The notes under the pieces: generated by a model
The model's database searches: none
What the model was told of the DNA's origin: nothing
Seen by the model: only the letters and a program-made list of their open reading frames with translations
Assembly (NCBI GenBank): GCA_018303825.1
Contig: JAGVXK010000007.1
Coordinates: 10,094-74,093, forward strand
DNA: 64,000 nucleotides
Direction: 5' to 3'
Source: Candidatus Pacearchaeota archaeon
GTDB taxonomy: Archaea > Nanobdellota > Nanobdellia > Pacearchaeales > GW2011-AR1
Part shown: positions 1-9,071 of the stretch, piece by piece
How positions within the stretch are numbered: the stretch's first letter is position 1
Layout of the letters: each line of letters starts with the position of its first letter
Made by a program: the position numbers and the translations under genes

Positions 1-70
1 AATTGCTTTTGCTTCAAGGAATTTGTTTTTGTTTTCCGTTATGAAGTATATTTCTTTCATCAGAATCAAC

Positions 71-625
71 TTATTTCTTGCTTTCTTTTATAGCTGCACG
101 AACATTCTTGTTTAATTGCCTCATTGACTCGTCTAACTGGTCCTTGTTCTTTGTTCCTGTGCAGACAAGCTTTCCATTGCTGAATAATAAGAAGGTGGCT
201 GTTGGCTCAACAAGCTTGTATACTAATCCAGGGAACTGCTCGGGCTCATATTCTGTGTTTTCTAATGTCAAAGCCAAGATGTTTAGATTAAGACTTAAGT
301 CAATGCTACCAGAAGCGACTATATTCTGGACAGTTATTTTTGGTTTTTGTGTAATTCTTACTCCGATTTTAGCTATCTGTCTTATAACTGCATTGATTAC
401 TTCCTTGACTTGTGCAACTGACTTTGTGCCTGTGCATACAAGATTTCCAGAAGAAAAGACGAGAACTGCTGACTTGGGTTTTTTTACTCTTAAAACAAGA
501 CCCGGAAATTGCTCTGGATTGTATTCGGTATTACTCTGTGTTCTTGCTAATTTTGTCAATGGGACTGGTTTTCCGAGAGAAGTTGTAGCGACAATGTTTT
601 GCACTTTAAGGTCTGTTTTAGTCAT
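71..625 (-). CDS. tbp: TATA-box binding protein
   Basis: Two direct TBP repeats (VQNIVAT..EYNPEQFPGLVLR..LVFSSGNLVCTG and VQNIVAS..EYEPEQFPGLVYK..LLFSNGKLVCTG). Confidence 0.98.
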   Translation of the reverse strand: MTKTDLKVQNIVATTSLGKPVPLTKLARTQSNTEYNPEQFPGLVLRVKKPKSAVLVFSSGNLVCTGTKSVAQVKEVINAVIRQIAKIGVRITQKPKITVQNIVASGSIDLSLNLNILALTLENTEYEPEQFPGLVYKLVEPTATFLLFSNGKLVCTGTKNKDQLDESMRQLNKNVRAAIKESKK

Positions 626-726
626 TTTAGATGTATTTGGGGTTTATAAGGTTTAAAAAGAAAAACGCTTTATAAACCTTTTTAAAGTAAAAGTTCATAC
701 TTATAAGTAGGAAAACGTTTATATAA

Positions 727-739
727 TTAGTATGACTAA
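727..739. promoter_or_regulatory. Putative autoregulatory operator of the antitoxin-PIN operon
   Basis: Inverted repeat TTAGT-ATG-ACTAA between TATA box TTTATATA (718-725) and the ATG at 747; a 12-bp palindrome TACTTATAAGTA also lies at 698-709. Confidence 0.4.
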
Positions 740-746
740 ATAAGTT

Positions 747-992
747 ATGAGATTTGTAAGAGAAATAGGAGAGAAAGGGCAGGTAGTCATACCTAGAGAT
801 ATCAGAGATTTACTTGGAGTTAGACCAAAACAAAAAATTGTCTTTGAAGTAGAAAACGAGGAAGTCAAGATAAAACAGGAAGAGGATGCTGAAAAGTTTC
901 TGAAGGAATTTTTTAGTCTGCCAAAATTAAAAAAACCACTTACTTTGAAAGATCTCAAGAAAATAGAGGATGAAAGTTATGATTTACCTTGA
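747..992 (+). CDS. AbrB/MazE/SpoVT-family antitoxin (VapB-like)
   Basis: N-terminal EIGEKGQVVIPRDIRDLLG swapped-hairpin motif; overlaps downstream PIN gene. Confidence 0.92.
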   Translation: MRFVREIGEKGQVVIPRDIRDLLGVRPKQKIVFEVENEEVKIKQEEDAEKFLKEFFSLPKLKKPLTLKDLKKIEDESYDLP

Positions 993-1377
993 TTCAAATG
1001 TTTTTATTTACGCCGCTTTGAATATGAAGCCAGTAGCTGATAAATGTATAAAAATAATGAATGATATTGCTAATAAAAAAATAGAGGTATGCACTTCTAT
1101 TTTAACGTGGGATGAATTTTTTTATTCAATAAAAAGAAGCCTAGGGACGGATTACGCAGTATTGGAAAGTGAGAGATTATTAAGATTCTTAAACTTGACC
1201 TTTCTTGATGCAAATGTCAATACTATTTTACTTGCCCAAAGGCTCAGTACAAGGTATAATATTGGTCCAAGAGATGCTATCCATGCAGCAACTGCAATTG
1301 CAAATAAATGTGGCTCAATAATATCAGATGATTCTGATTTTGACAAAGTTAAAGAGTTGAAAAGGATTAAGCCTTGA
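979..1377 (+). CDS. vapC: PIN-domain ribonuclease toxin (VapC); start probably ATG 979 (MIYLDSNVF)
   Basis: YLDSNVF, E, DAIHAATA and SDDSDF acidic PIN quartet; coupled to antitoxin. Confidence 0.92.
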   Translation: MIYLDSNVFIYAALNMKPVADKCIKIMNDIANKKIEVCTSILTWDEFFYSIKRSLGTDYAVLESERLLRFLNLTFLDANVNTILLAQRLSTRYNIGPRDAIHAATAIANKCGSIISDDSDFDKVKELKRIKP

Positions 1378-1410
1378 TTAAAATTTCTTCATTTTTTATC
1401 GAAGAAGAAT

Positions 1411-1812
1411 TTACATTCCGACAGGGGATCTTGCAAATAGGTGGTTTTGGTTCTTAGAAACACGTTCATTGAATTTCTTTTCCCAGTCTTTTCCAAGGGT
1501 TCTCAATACATGCGGTATGTTTGCTTTTCTAACTTTTTCGAGTCCAATATGCATTCCTGGACTGAATCCAATATCAGTGTAAAAGGCGCGCAATTCAGCC
1601 GCTTCTGCCCAGGCAAATCCTGCTTCCATCCCCCATTTTCTTTCTTCAGGATTGTTGACATCAAGAACTCCTCTTTGAGTGTATATAGCGTGAGATGCAA
1701 TTGGCGCTTCTCCTCTTTGCAAACTGTCATATAAACAAGCTCTTAGGTATTTTATATTTCTTTCATATTTACCATCAAGGGCAAAAGGAGATTCTACATA
1801 GACTCTTTTTAT
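1411..1812 (-). CDS. Phage-type nucleoside 2-deoxyribosyltransferase-like (DUF4406/DUF7768-like) protein; apparent start codon ATA
   Basis: The ORF-track frame (1411-1722) stays open upstream and reads ATA-K-RVYVESPFALDGKYERNIKYLRACLYDSLQRGEAPIASHAIYTQ. This matches my recollection of the ESP(Y/F)...RGEAPIASH..YTQ family. No ATG/GTG/TTG lies upstream of 1722 in frame. Confidence 0.65.
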   Translation of the reverse strand: MKRVYVESPFALDGKYERNIKYLRACLYDSLQRGEAPIASHAIYTQRGVLDVNNPEERKWGMEAGFAWAEAAELRAFYTDIGFSPGMHIGLEKVRKANIPHVLRTLGKDWEKKFNERVSKNQNHLFARSPVGM

Positions 1813-1858
1813 TTTTTCCCTGGAAGAAGAGTGTTTTAAATGATTGTTGTAACGAAAT

Positions 1859-1882
1859 ATAGATAATAGGATAGATAATAGG
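1859..1882. repeat. 12-bp perfect tandem duplication ATAGATAATAGG x2
   Basis: Read directly at 1859-1870 and 1871-1882, just downstream of the lig stop codon. Confidence 0.85.
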
Positions 1883-1895
1883 GAATTACTTTTAT

Positions 1896-3599
1896 TTATC
1901 TCCTGCCTTTCTTAACCTCTCTTTTAATTTCATCTAAGGTGGCAATATCGTTAATGTCTCTGTCTGGGCGAAGACGCAGAATTCTTGGGAAACGCAAGGC
2001 AAAACCGCTTGTGTAGGATGGAGATTCCTGGATGTTTTGATAGCCTATAGAGACAACCATTTCAGGTTTTACTTGAACATGCTTGCCTTCTTCGCTCATG
2101 ATTAGTTTTTTTAGTTCTTTTGTTAATTCTACGAAAGATAAGCCTTCCTCTGGCTTTTCCTTTAAACCAGTTGAGGCTTTTCCTATTTCCAATAATTTTC
2201 CTTCTTTTGTTTTGCATGAAAGGTCAAAGCTTGTGAGCCAGCCTGCTCTTTTTCCTGTGCCATATTCTGCTCCCGTAATTACAAGATCGAATTCTTCAGG
2301 GTTTGGTTTTATTTTAACAGCATAACCTATTCTTGCCCCAGGCTTGTAAATAGCTTCTAGGTTTTTAGCCATTAGGCCTTCTTGCCCGTCTTCTAATGCT
2401 TTTTCATAGAAAGATTCTGCTTTTTCATCACTATCTGTTATAATCTGCTCAGCTAGTCTGATTTGGAATGCAGAGGGTTTGATTATTTTTTCAATTATTT
2501 TTCTTCTTTCCTTAAATGGAGAATCTATTAGGCTTTCCCCGTTATAATAGATTACATCAAATACATTAAGTTCAATTGGAAGTTCTTTTTCTAATTTATC
2601 AATATCATATTTTCTCTTTATTCTTTGAGAAATATCTTGAAATGGTCTATATTTTTTTGTTTTTGGGTCGTAGCCTACTGCTTCGCAGTCTATAATGAAT
2701 GTTTTGGCATTTACATGTTCTTTTACATATTTCACAGCATCTTGAAATTGTTTTGTTACGTTATCGAGCCTTCTTGTAAAAATAGATATTTTCTCATCAT
2801 CTGATTTATTTATCATCATCCTGAACCCATCATACTTATATTCAAATGCCGCCGGTTTTCCGACTATTTCAAAGGCATCCTTGATATCTTTTGCTTTTGG
2901 ATAAAGCATTACTTTTACAGGTTTTCCAGGGGAAAGAGAAACAGAGGAAAGTGCTTTTTCACCTTTCAAAGCCAGGGAAAATACTTCTGCAAAGTCTGTT
3001 GCTTTATCATATGCGTTTTGAATTAAATTTGCCTTTTGTCTTTTTTCTTCAATGTCTTTTGGGGAGAAGCATGATTCAGCTATTGAATCTCTAAGTATGC
3101 CTGAGCCAAGACCTATTTTTAAATCATTTAGCAATGTGCGAATAATGTATTTTGCTTCAATTGGAGAACTAGCATGAAGGAGTTCTATAATTATATTCAT
3201 TTTCTTTTCAACTGTTCCTTTTCCTTCTAATTCGGGTAGCTTTCTTAGACTTTCAAGAACTTTTTGAGTTGTCAATTTGCTTGAAAATAAAGATGATTGT
3301 TTCTTTTTTGCTAGAAGAAGCTCGGCTACTTTTCCTAAATCGCCTAATTTTCTGAATTCGCTGACCACAACAGATTCTTTGATTCCAGTTGCTTTTGCTA
3401 TCGCTTTTATAGCCAATTGTTCAGATATGCCTGATTCACGTTCATCATAATCAGGGAAGAATCTTCCTTGAAGAAGATAGATTATTTCTGGCTCATTTTT
3501 AATCTTTTTTAGGAAATTTGCGATTAATGTTTTTTTTTCTAGTCCTTTTGTTGTCTTTGATAGAGATTCATAGACTTCTGCTAGTTTTGAGTATTGCAT
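1896..3599 (-). CDS. lig: ATP-dependent DNA ligase
   Basis: KxDG motif EYKYDGFR, EGLMAK, C-terminal OB with ALRFPRILRLRPD. Confidence 0.97.
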   Translation of the reverse strand: MQYSKLAEVYESLSKTTKGLEKKTLIANFLKKIKNEPEIIYLLQGRFFPDYDERESGISEQLAIKAIAKATGIKESVVVSEFRKLGDLGKVAELLLAKKKQSSLFSSKLTTQKVLESLRKLPELEGKGTVEKKMNIIIELLHASSPIEAKYIIRTLLNDLKIGLGSGILRDSIAESCFSPKDIEEKRQKANLIQNAYDKATDFAEVFSLALKGEKALSSVSLSPGKPVKVMLYPKAKDIKDAFEIVGKPAAFEYKYDGFRMMINKSDDEKISIFTRRLDNVTKQFQDAVKYVKEHVNAKTFIIDCEAVGYDPKTKKYRPFQDISQRIKRKYDIDKLEKELPIELNVFDVIYYNGESLIDSPFKERRKIIEKIIKPSAFQIRLAEQIITDSDEKAESFYEKALEDGQEGLMAKNLEAIYKPGARIGYAVKIKPNPEEFDLVITGAEYGTGKRAGWLTSFDLSCKTKEGKLLEIGKASTGLKEKPEEGLSFVELTKELKKLIMSEEGKHVQVKPEMVVSIGYQNIQESPSYTSGFALRFPRILRLRPDRDINDIATLDEIKREVKKGRR

Positions 3600-3619
3600 G
3601 ATATAAAAGAGGAAAAGGG

Positions 3620-3883
3620 TTATTTAACCTTTTTCAAATAAAGCCTGAGATTGTCAAATGCCTTTGCTTCTAGAGTTTGGAGAGCAGTATTGGAAATTCC
3701 CATTATTTTAGCTACTTCTTGTCGTGTTCTGATTGTTTTTCCACCTGCGTTGAACAGGTAATAAATAGTTAGGTCCATCCTGGGATCGGTTGGTTTTCCG
3801 AATATGGCTTCTGGACGTATTCCTGATAACATTGCTTGATAGAATTCTCTAACCAATTGAACTTTAGCTGTCTTGTAAATCAT
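3620..3883 (-). CDS. Small HTH protein resembling sigma-70 region 4
   Basis: RTRQEVAKIMGISNTALQTLEAKAFDNLR pattern; TATA-like element ~21 nt upstream of the ATG. Confidence 0.6.
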   Translation of the reverse strand: MIYKTAKVQLVREFYQAMLSGIRPEAIFGKPTDPRMDLTIYYLFNAGGKTIRTRQEVAKIMGISNTALQTLEAKAFDNLRLYLKKVK

Positions 3884-3932
3884 TTCTTTTATGAATAAGC
3901 TTGTTTTTTAAGTCTTTCTAATCTGTTTTTTA

Positions 3933-4616
3933 TTAAATCCAACCTTTTTTCCTCAAACCACTTTCGGTTATTTCAAAGTCCAATCGCTTCTGAGGAAGGG
4001 ACCTGTGTTTTATCAAAGTAGCTGACCTTTTTCCATTATTGTTCTCAAGAAGGATATGGCACTTCCCCCAATATCTTAGAATGTCTCCGCCTACCATTTT
4101 AGATTCTTCTTCCCATTTATAGACTTGATTTGTGACAAGAACAGGAAGGTCTCTTTTTCTTGCTATTTCTGCCAAAGTTCTCATTTGTTTTACAAGTTCT
4201 GAATTTATAGATTGAATGTTTTGGTTATTTTCTTTGGCACTCGCTAGTTCTAATCTGTATAATATAGTCATACCATCTACTATTATCAAAGATACCTCAT
4301 CTTTCAATGATTTTAGGAGCTCTTCGAATGCCTTTTTTTGTTCATTGAAGTTAGTAGGTTTTAGAAGGAGGATATTTTTTAAAACTTCTTTATAACTTTC
4401 CAGAGAAATTTGTTTTATTCTTTCGCTTGAGAATCCTCCCTCAGTATCTATGTATATCACTTTGTTTCCTTTTTTTGCCTGGCTTACAGTAGCAAGGAGG
4501 CAGAAGTTGGTCTTTCCAGTTCCAGAATCTCCGTAAATTACTGTTATTATGTCAGTTTCATATCCGCCAAAAAGCCATTTGTTTAAATCATAGTTTCCAG
4601 CTGATATCTTTGTCAT
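3933..4616 (-). CDS. radB: DNA repair and recombination protein RadB
   Basis: Walker A GDSGTGKT, IYIDTEGGFS, IIVDG, VLVTNQVY, GGDILRYW; no N-terminal HhH domain. Confidence 0.93.
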   Translation of the reverse strand: MTKISAGNYDLNKWLFGGYETDIITVIYGDSGTGKTNFCLLATVSQAKKGNKVIYIDTEGGFSSERIKQISLESYKEVLKNILLLKPTNFNEQKKAFEELLKSLKDEVSLIIVDGMTILYRLELASAKENNQNIQSINSELVKQMRTLAEIARKRDLPVLVTNQVYKWEEESKMVGGDILRYWGKCHILLENNNGKRSATLIKHRSLPQKRLDFEITESGLRKKGWI

Positions 4617-4667
4617 TTAAATAAACAAGTTAAATCATATATAAAGATAGTTATGATAGTAAGAATA

Positions 4668-4850
4668 TTATTTTCTTCTTAGTTTGCTTTTTTCAGGAGT
4701 ATCGTGATATTGCTTATGCAACAGTGAATGAATAAATATTACTAGGGCGGTCAGGAGAATCATCCATTTTGAAAAACTTGCCTGCCAAAACGCAAATATA
4801 ATTATTACTGCAGAAAGCAATGCATTTGTTAAACCACAGTTACACCTCAT
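4668..4850 (-). CDS. Small membrane protein (two hydrophobic helices)
   Basis: 60 aa with two hydrophobic stretches and a basic tail; GAGG upstream of ATG. Confidence 0.6.
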   Translation of the reverse strand: MRCNCGLTNALLSAVIIIFAFWQASFSKWMILLTALVIFIHSLLHKQYHDTPEKSKLRRK

Positions 4851-4988
4851 TTTTATCCCTCACCTGAAATAGATATTGCAAATCAACTTAATAAACTTTG
4901 CGGATTTTTGCCGAGCGCGACATAATTAGCTATTACACTGGCAATTAAGCGGGACATGTCAATTTGATTGAGATTAATTTTAAAAGAA

Positions 4989-5240
4989 TTATTTCTTTTT
5001 TGCAATGGAGGCTATTTTGTCCAAGTCTTTCTTTATAGTCGATACTGCGTCAGAAACTGATTTTTTAACATTTGAGGATTGTATTTTCATGATTAAGGGC
5101 TTGAATGGGTGCTCCCTTCTCCAAACTGCAAGGTCTATTTCCTGCTCATTCAAATAGATTCTTAGAATCTCAGCAATGGTGAGATTATCTATTTTCAACT
5201 CAACATCATTCTTCTCTGTTTTAATGATTTCCAAGTTCAT
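4989..5240 (-). CDS. rpoL: DNA-directed RNA polymerase subunit L (Rpo11)
   Basis: NLTIAEILRIYL..VWRREHPF RBP11-like signature, 83 aa. Confidence 0.85.
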   Translation of the reverse strand: MNLEIIKTEKNDVELKIDNLTIAEILRIYLNEQEIDLAVWRREHPFKPLIMKIQSSNVKKSVSDAVSTIKKDLDKIASIAKKK

Positions 5241-5293
5241 ATTAAGAGGGATTTTAGAAGATTTATAAACTTAACTACTGGACCAAATTAAGA

Positions 5294-5854
5294 TTAATCT
5301 ATGATTTCTATGTCTGAACCTGAAGTGGAAATGTTCTGGTTTTTAGCCTTTTGTTCGTCCTGTTCTCTTTTCTGCTCTCGAGGTTCTGTTTCTGAATGGA
5401 GAGCTTTTGAGCGGAAGGAGTCTTGGTAGTTAATATTGCCCTTTCTTAAGTTGATTCCATAGAATTTTTCCAATTTGTTTATCAGAACAAAGTCCCTTGA
5501 GGGGAGAACACCATTTTCAATAATTTTGATGTCTGCTTCAGATACATTCAGCGACTGAGCCAGTTGTTTTCTTGTGATGTTTTTTGACTTCCTTTTTTCC
5601 AATAAAGTCCAGTGAAAGTTGTCTATGAGTTCTGAGAGAATAGGGTCTTTCGTATACCTTAATGGCTTTCTAAAATCGTCAAAAAGAGCTCTTTTCTCGT
5701 CCCTTTCCCTCTTTTTCCAGCCGGGAAGTGATTGAGAAGGTTCTGGGGTTGCAGGCTCAACTTTTTTCAGAATGAATAAATTTTCTTTTTTTGCATATTC
5801 TTCAGAAACGCGGACAATCTTTCCCTCTTCAATTGCATCAACATAATTCATCAA
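5294..5854 (-). CDS. XRE/Cro HTH protein, MBF1-like
   Basis: EKRKSKNITRKQLAQSLNVSEADIKIIENG..P..LINKLEKFYGINL matches the MBF1/HTH_3 core. Confidence 0.75.
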   Translation of the reverse strand: MMNYVDAIEEGKIVRVSEEYAKKENLFILKKVEPATPEPSQSLPGWKKRERDEKRALFDDFRKPLRYTKDPILSELIDNFHWTLLEKRKSKNITRKQLAQSLNVSEADIKIIENGVLPSRDFVLINKLEKFYGINLRKGNINYQDSFRSKALHSETEPREQKREQDEQKAKNQNISTSGSDIEIID

Positions 5855-5875
5855 GATGAGTGTTTATAGGGGTTT

Positions 5876-6544
5876 TTATTTATTATTGCTTTGGAAAACT
5901 ATGTTTTCAAGCCCATTAAATGTGGGCAAGCTTCTTATTACCATACTTTCATCAATTATTATTACTGGAGAATTTGTCACATTATATTCTTCTTTTATTA
6001 AGTTTATTGATTCTATGTTTAGATTTGCCGCAATAGGAATTAGAAGTGTCTCCTGCGGATACTTGTATTTGAAGTCTAAAAGGAGATTGCTCATTGCTAT
6101 TTGCTCCGCCTTTTTGCTTATATCTCTTGTATCATAATCATATAAATAAACTATAGTGTGAAAATCGCTATGGCATTTGCTTCTTATCTTCATACTATTG
6201 GTCCATAACAAAATTCTCAATAAATCATATCTTTTGTGGAAAATTGTCAATGTGTCTTTCATCTTGCTCGCAGAATCGTATTTTTCCAGCCTTAAGGCCT
6301 CTTCATATATTTTGTCTGCAAAGTTGAATGTGCTGTTTTTTGCCAAATTGCACGAAATATTGAATTCCTGGATTGCATTTTCTTTTAATTGTTCATCCAA
6401 AAGGTTTATTTCTGAATCTAGGAGAACATTTTGTATATTGTCTGCTCTCGCGTTTTCAACAAAAATTCCCACGAGAAGCCCAATTAAAAAGACCGCTAGT
6501 GTGAAAAAGAAGGCCATCCAAAATGCATGCTTTGTATTTACCAT
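5876..6544 (-). CDS. Membrane-anchored hypothetical protein with possible C-terminal thioredoxin-like fold
   Basis: N-terminal TM helix, coiled coil, C-terminal YNVTNSPVIIID motif; overlaps the end of the GT2 gene. Confidence 0.6.
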   Translation of the reverse strand: MVNTKHAFWMAFFFTLAVFLIGLLVGIFVENARADNIQNVLLDSEINLLDEQLKENAIQEFNISCNLAKNSTFNFADKIYEEALRLEKYDSASKMKDTLTIFHKRYDLLRILLWTNSMKIRSKCHSDFHTIVYLYDYDTRDISKKAEQIAMSNLLLDFKYKYPQETLLIPIAANLNIESINLIKEEYNVTNSPVIIIDESMVIRSLPTFNGLENIVFQSNNK

Positions 6545-7770
6545 TTGTATATTCCCCTAATCATTTTTGACTTTGAATCTATCATTATTAATGGATAGAT
6601 AAATGAATATATGAATAAAAACATTATGATATTTAAAACATTCCTCTTTTTTGGTTCTAGATATCTCATTATTCCAAGTGAGAAGAAAGTCATCCATAAA
6701 CCTAGAATAAATAATGCTATTCCAAAATAGCTCATTATGGATGGAGCCACTGCCAAATCTCTTAATGTCAGAAGAGAAGCGCTTGCGAATAAGGAATATT
6801 TAGTTACCAAATAATATATTGAAATATTCTTTATTATCATGAAAATGAACAGGAATATGCCCAGTATGCTCAGAATTAATGATATGGCAAAATAAGGAAT
6901 AATGAAATTTCCCAGCATTCCCTTCTTGAATATCAATGATTTGTATTTTAGCAGGGTTTGTGTCCCCCCTATATTCCATCTGTTTCTCTGATTCCACCAG
7001 TCCTTGAATTTATATGGCGTTTCAGTATGTGCCTTTGCCGCCAGAGACATTCTGGCTTTATATCCTTTTGACAAAAGACGCCAGACCATTTCTATATCTT
7101 GTGTCAGATTTGATGGGTCGAATAAGCCTGCTTTTATTACTGCTTCTTTTCTATACATCGCAAATGCCCCCGGGGTTACATAAACTGAATCTACCAAATC
7201 CAGGATTTTTCTGAATAAGGAAGTTATGTCATATTCTATGGCCTGCATTTTCTGAATCCAGGAATTTTGGTGTCTTGTTAAAATAGAGCCAGTTACTGCC
7301 GCTACTTTTTCATCTTCCTGAAGAAGGCCAAGCATTTTTTTTATTGAGCCAGGATCAGGGTATGTTTCTGCGTCAAGGGTTATTGCATATTTGCTTTTTG
7401 CGCTTTTAATCCCTATGTTTGTAGGAATGGCTGCCCCTCCAGAATTCTTTTTTGAGGTGATAAGCATTATATTTTTAAATTTTGCAATATATTTTTTTAT
7501 TATTTCTATGGAATTATCTTTAGAGCAGTCATCTACTATTATTATCTCGATTAATGATTGGGGATAATCCAGCTTTTGCAAGCATTCCAGGGTTTTTCCT
7601 ATATGCTCTGCTTCATTATAGCAGGGAATGACTATGCTTACTGGTTCTAATTTGCATTTTGGATGTTCAAATATCTTTTTTCTATTTAGGATATAGACAA
7701 AAAAGAATAAAGAAAGCATGTAAAGTCCTGCAAATGTATAAATCAGGAAAACTATATCTATTAAATCCAT
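6538..7770 (-). CDS. Glycosyltransferase family 2 (processive, membrane-embedded)
   Basis: VSIVIPCYNE, IIVDDCSKD, LDAET (DxD-like), TQD (TED-like) and QRNRW (QxxRW) motifs, C-terminal TM helices. Confidence 0.93.
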   Translation of the reverse strand: MDLIDIVFLIYTFAGLYMLSLFFFVYILNRKKIFEHPKCKLEPVSIVIPCYNEAEHIGKTLECLQKLDYPQSLIEIIIVDDCSKDNSIEIIKKYIAKFKNIMLITSKKNSGGAAIPTNIGIKSAKSKYAITLDAETYPDPGSIKKMLGLLQEDEKVAAVTGSILTRHQNSWIQKMQAIEYDITSLFRKILDLVDSVYVTPGAFAMYRKEAVIKAGLFDPSNLTQDIEMVWRLLSKGYKARMSLAAKAHTETPYKFKDWWNQRNRWNIGGTQTLLKYKSLIFKKGMLGNFIIPYFAISLILSILGIFLFIFMIIKNISIYYLVTKYSLFASASLLTLRDLAVAPSIMSYFGIALFILGLWMTFFSLGIMRYLEPKKRNVLNIIMFLFIYSFIYPLIMIDSKSKMIRGIYKW

Positions 7771-7772
7771 TT

Positions 7773-8444
7773 TTATGTAGTAGATTTATTTTCTACTTCT
7801 TTGTTTTCTATATTTTTCTTTTCGTTAATTTCTTGCTTGCTGGTATTTTCTTCATTGGCAGTTTCTTCTTTTTTATTGCTTTCTTCCTGCTTGCCTGCTG
7901 TTTGTTGGTTGCTTGTTGCTTCAGGGGTTTGCTTTGCTTCTATGGTTTTATTGCCGACATTGAAATAATCATAGAAACTTTCATGCAATGTCAGTTCTGC
8001 TGTATGGCCCAGCTTTCTTTTTGATATTAAGCCAAGTTCAACAAATTTTTTTATATGGTCATAGGCTTTATTCCCTCGGATTTTTACAAGTATAGATTGC
8101 TTCATCGGCTGTTTATATGCGATAATGGCCAGGGTTTCCTGCTCTGCTTTTGAAAACTCGCTTGAACCTGTGGCAAGTTTATTTACAAGATAGGTATAAT
8201 CTGGGGAGACGTCCATTTTCCAAAGATTATCTTTATTTATCAATGAGAGACCTGTTTCTCTGTATTTATCTGATAGGTCTTCTAGGACTTTTTTTAACAA
8301 AATGGGATTGACATCAGTAAGGGAGACGAGCTCTTGCAAGGAAAGGAATCTTCCAGCTATGAACAGCGCTGCCTCTATTTTCTTGGCGCTTTCTGCCTCG
8401 GCGATGTCATCGAGGTCGTCTATACCTTCCCTACTAATCTCCAT
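7773..8444 (-). CDS. scpB: SMC-Scp complex subunit ScpB
   Basis: IEAALFIAG, ETLAIIAYKQP tandem winged-helix signature; acidic low-complexity tail. Confidence 0.93.
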   Translation of the reverse strand: MEISREGIDDLDDIAEAESAKKIEAALFIAGRFLSLQELVSLTDVNPILLKKVLEDLSDKYRETGLSLINKDNLWKMDVSPDYTYLVNKLATGSSEFSKAEQETLAIIAYKQPMKQSILVKIRGNKAYDHIKKFVELGLISKRKLGHTAELTLHESFYDYFNVGNKTIEAKQTPEATSNQQTAGKQEESNKKEETANEENTSKQEINEKKNIENKEVENKSTT

Positions 8445-8598
8445 ATTAGGGGGATATCGTGTGGGAATTTAAAGGTTATTATACTATCTTAACTAAGAGA
8501 TTTCTGGAATTGCTTACAGCAAACAAACACATGATTATTTGTTTCTACATGTTATTTATCATACAAATCATTTTAAATATAGGAAAATTGCTAAAAAA

Positions 8599-8997
8599 AT
8601 GGCAGACAAATTAATTAAAAGAAAGCTGAAATTTGGCAAAGAATACAAGATCGTTAGTTTGGGATTGAGATATGATAGAATATATTTGGCCAGAGTGGAA
8701 GGCGCTGAAGGAGAATATCATTGTTTTGCTGGAATTACCGATAGAGAGCATAAGTTACCGCGTATTCATAATTCAAAGATAGTTCCTGATGAATATGAAA
8801 GATTTCCAGATAGAGTTATGATAGAAGCCATAAAGGAGGGAGATTTTATGATCAAAGGTTTAGAAATAGTTGTTAAATCTAAAGCAAGGACCATATTAGT
8901 TGGGTTTGAACATCTTAGTTGTGGCGTTACCTCGCCTATGGGCGCTAATGCTGAGATGTGTCTAAGACTGATGAAAATCTTAAAGAAAGACAAATAG
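8599..8997 (+). CDS. Orphan hypothetical protein (start likely ATG 8599, MADKL)
   Basis: TATA box TTTAAATA at 8572-8579 lies 20 nt before ATG 8599; no family recognised. Confidence 0.6.
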   Translation: MADKLIKRKLKFGKEYKIVSLGLRYDRIYLARVEGAEGEYHCFAGITDREHKLPRIHNSKIVPDEYERFPDRVMIEAIKEGDFMIKGLEIVVKSKARTILVGFEHLSCGVTSPMGANAEMCLRLMKILKKDK

Positions 8998-9071
8998 TTT
9001 CTTGGCTTATTTGAGAAAAGTTATCAAGTATTACATAAAACTTTATATATGTCAAATTTATTCTAAAATTT

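Noticed and set aside
78-656. 192-aa plus-strand ORF
   Set aside because: Antisense shadow of tbp; no independent motifs.
4851-4988. Slightly GC-richer intergenic stretch as a possible RNA gene
   Set aside because: No cloverleaf or stable stem on either strand.
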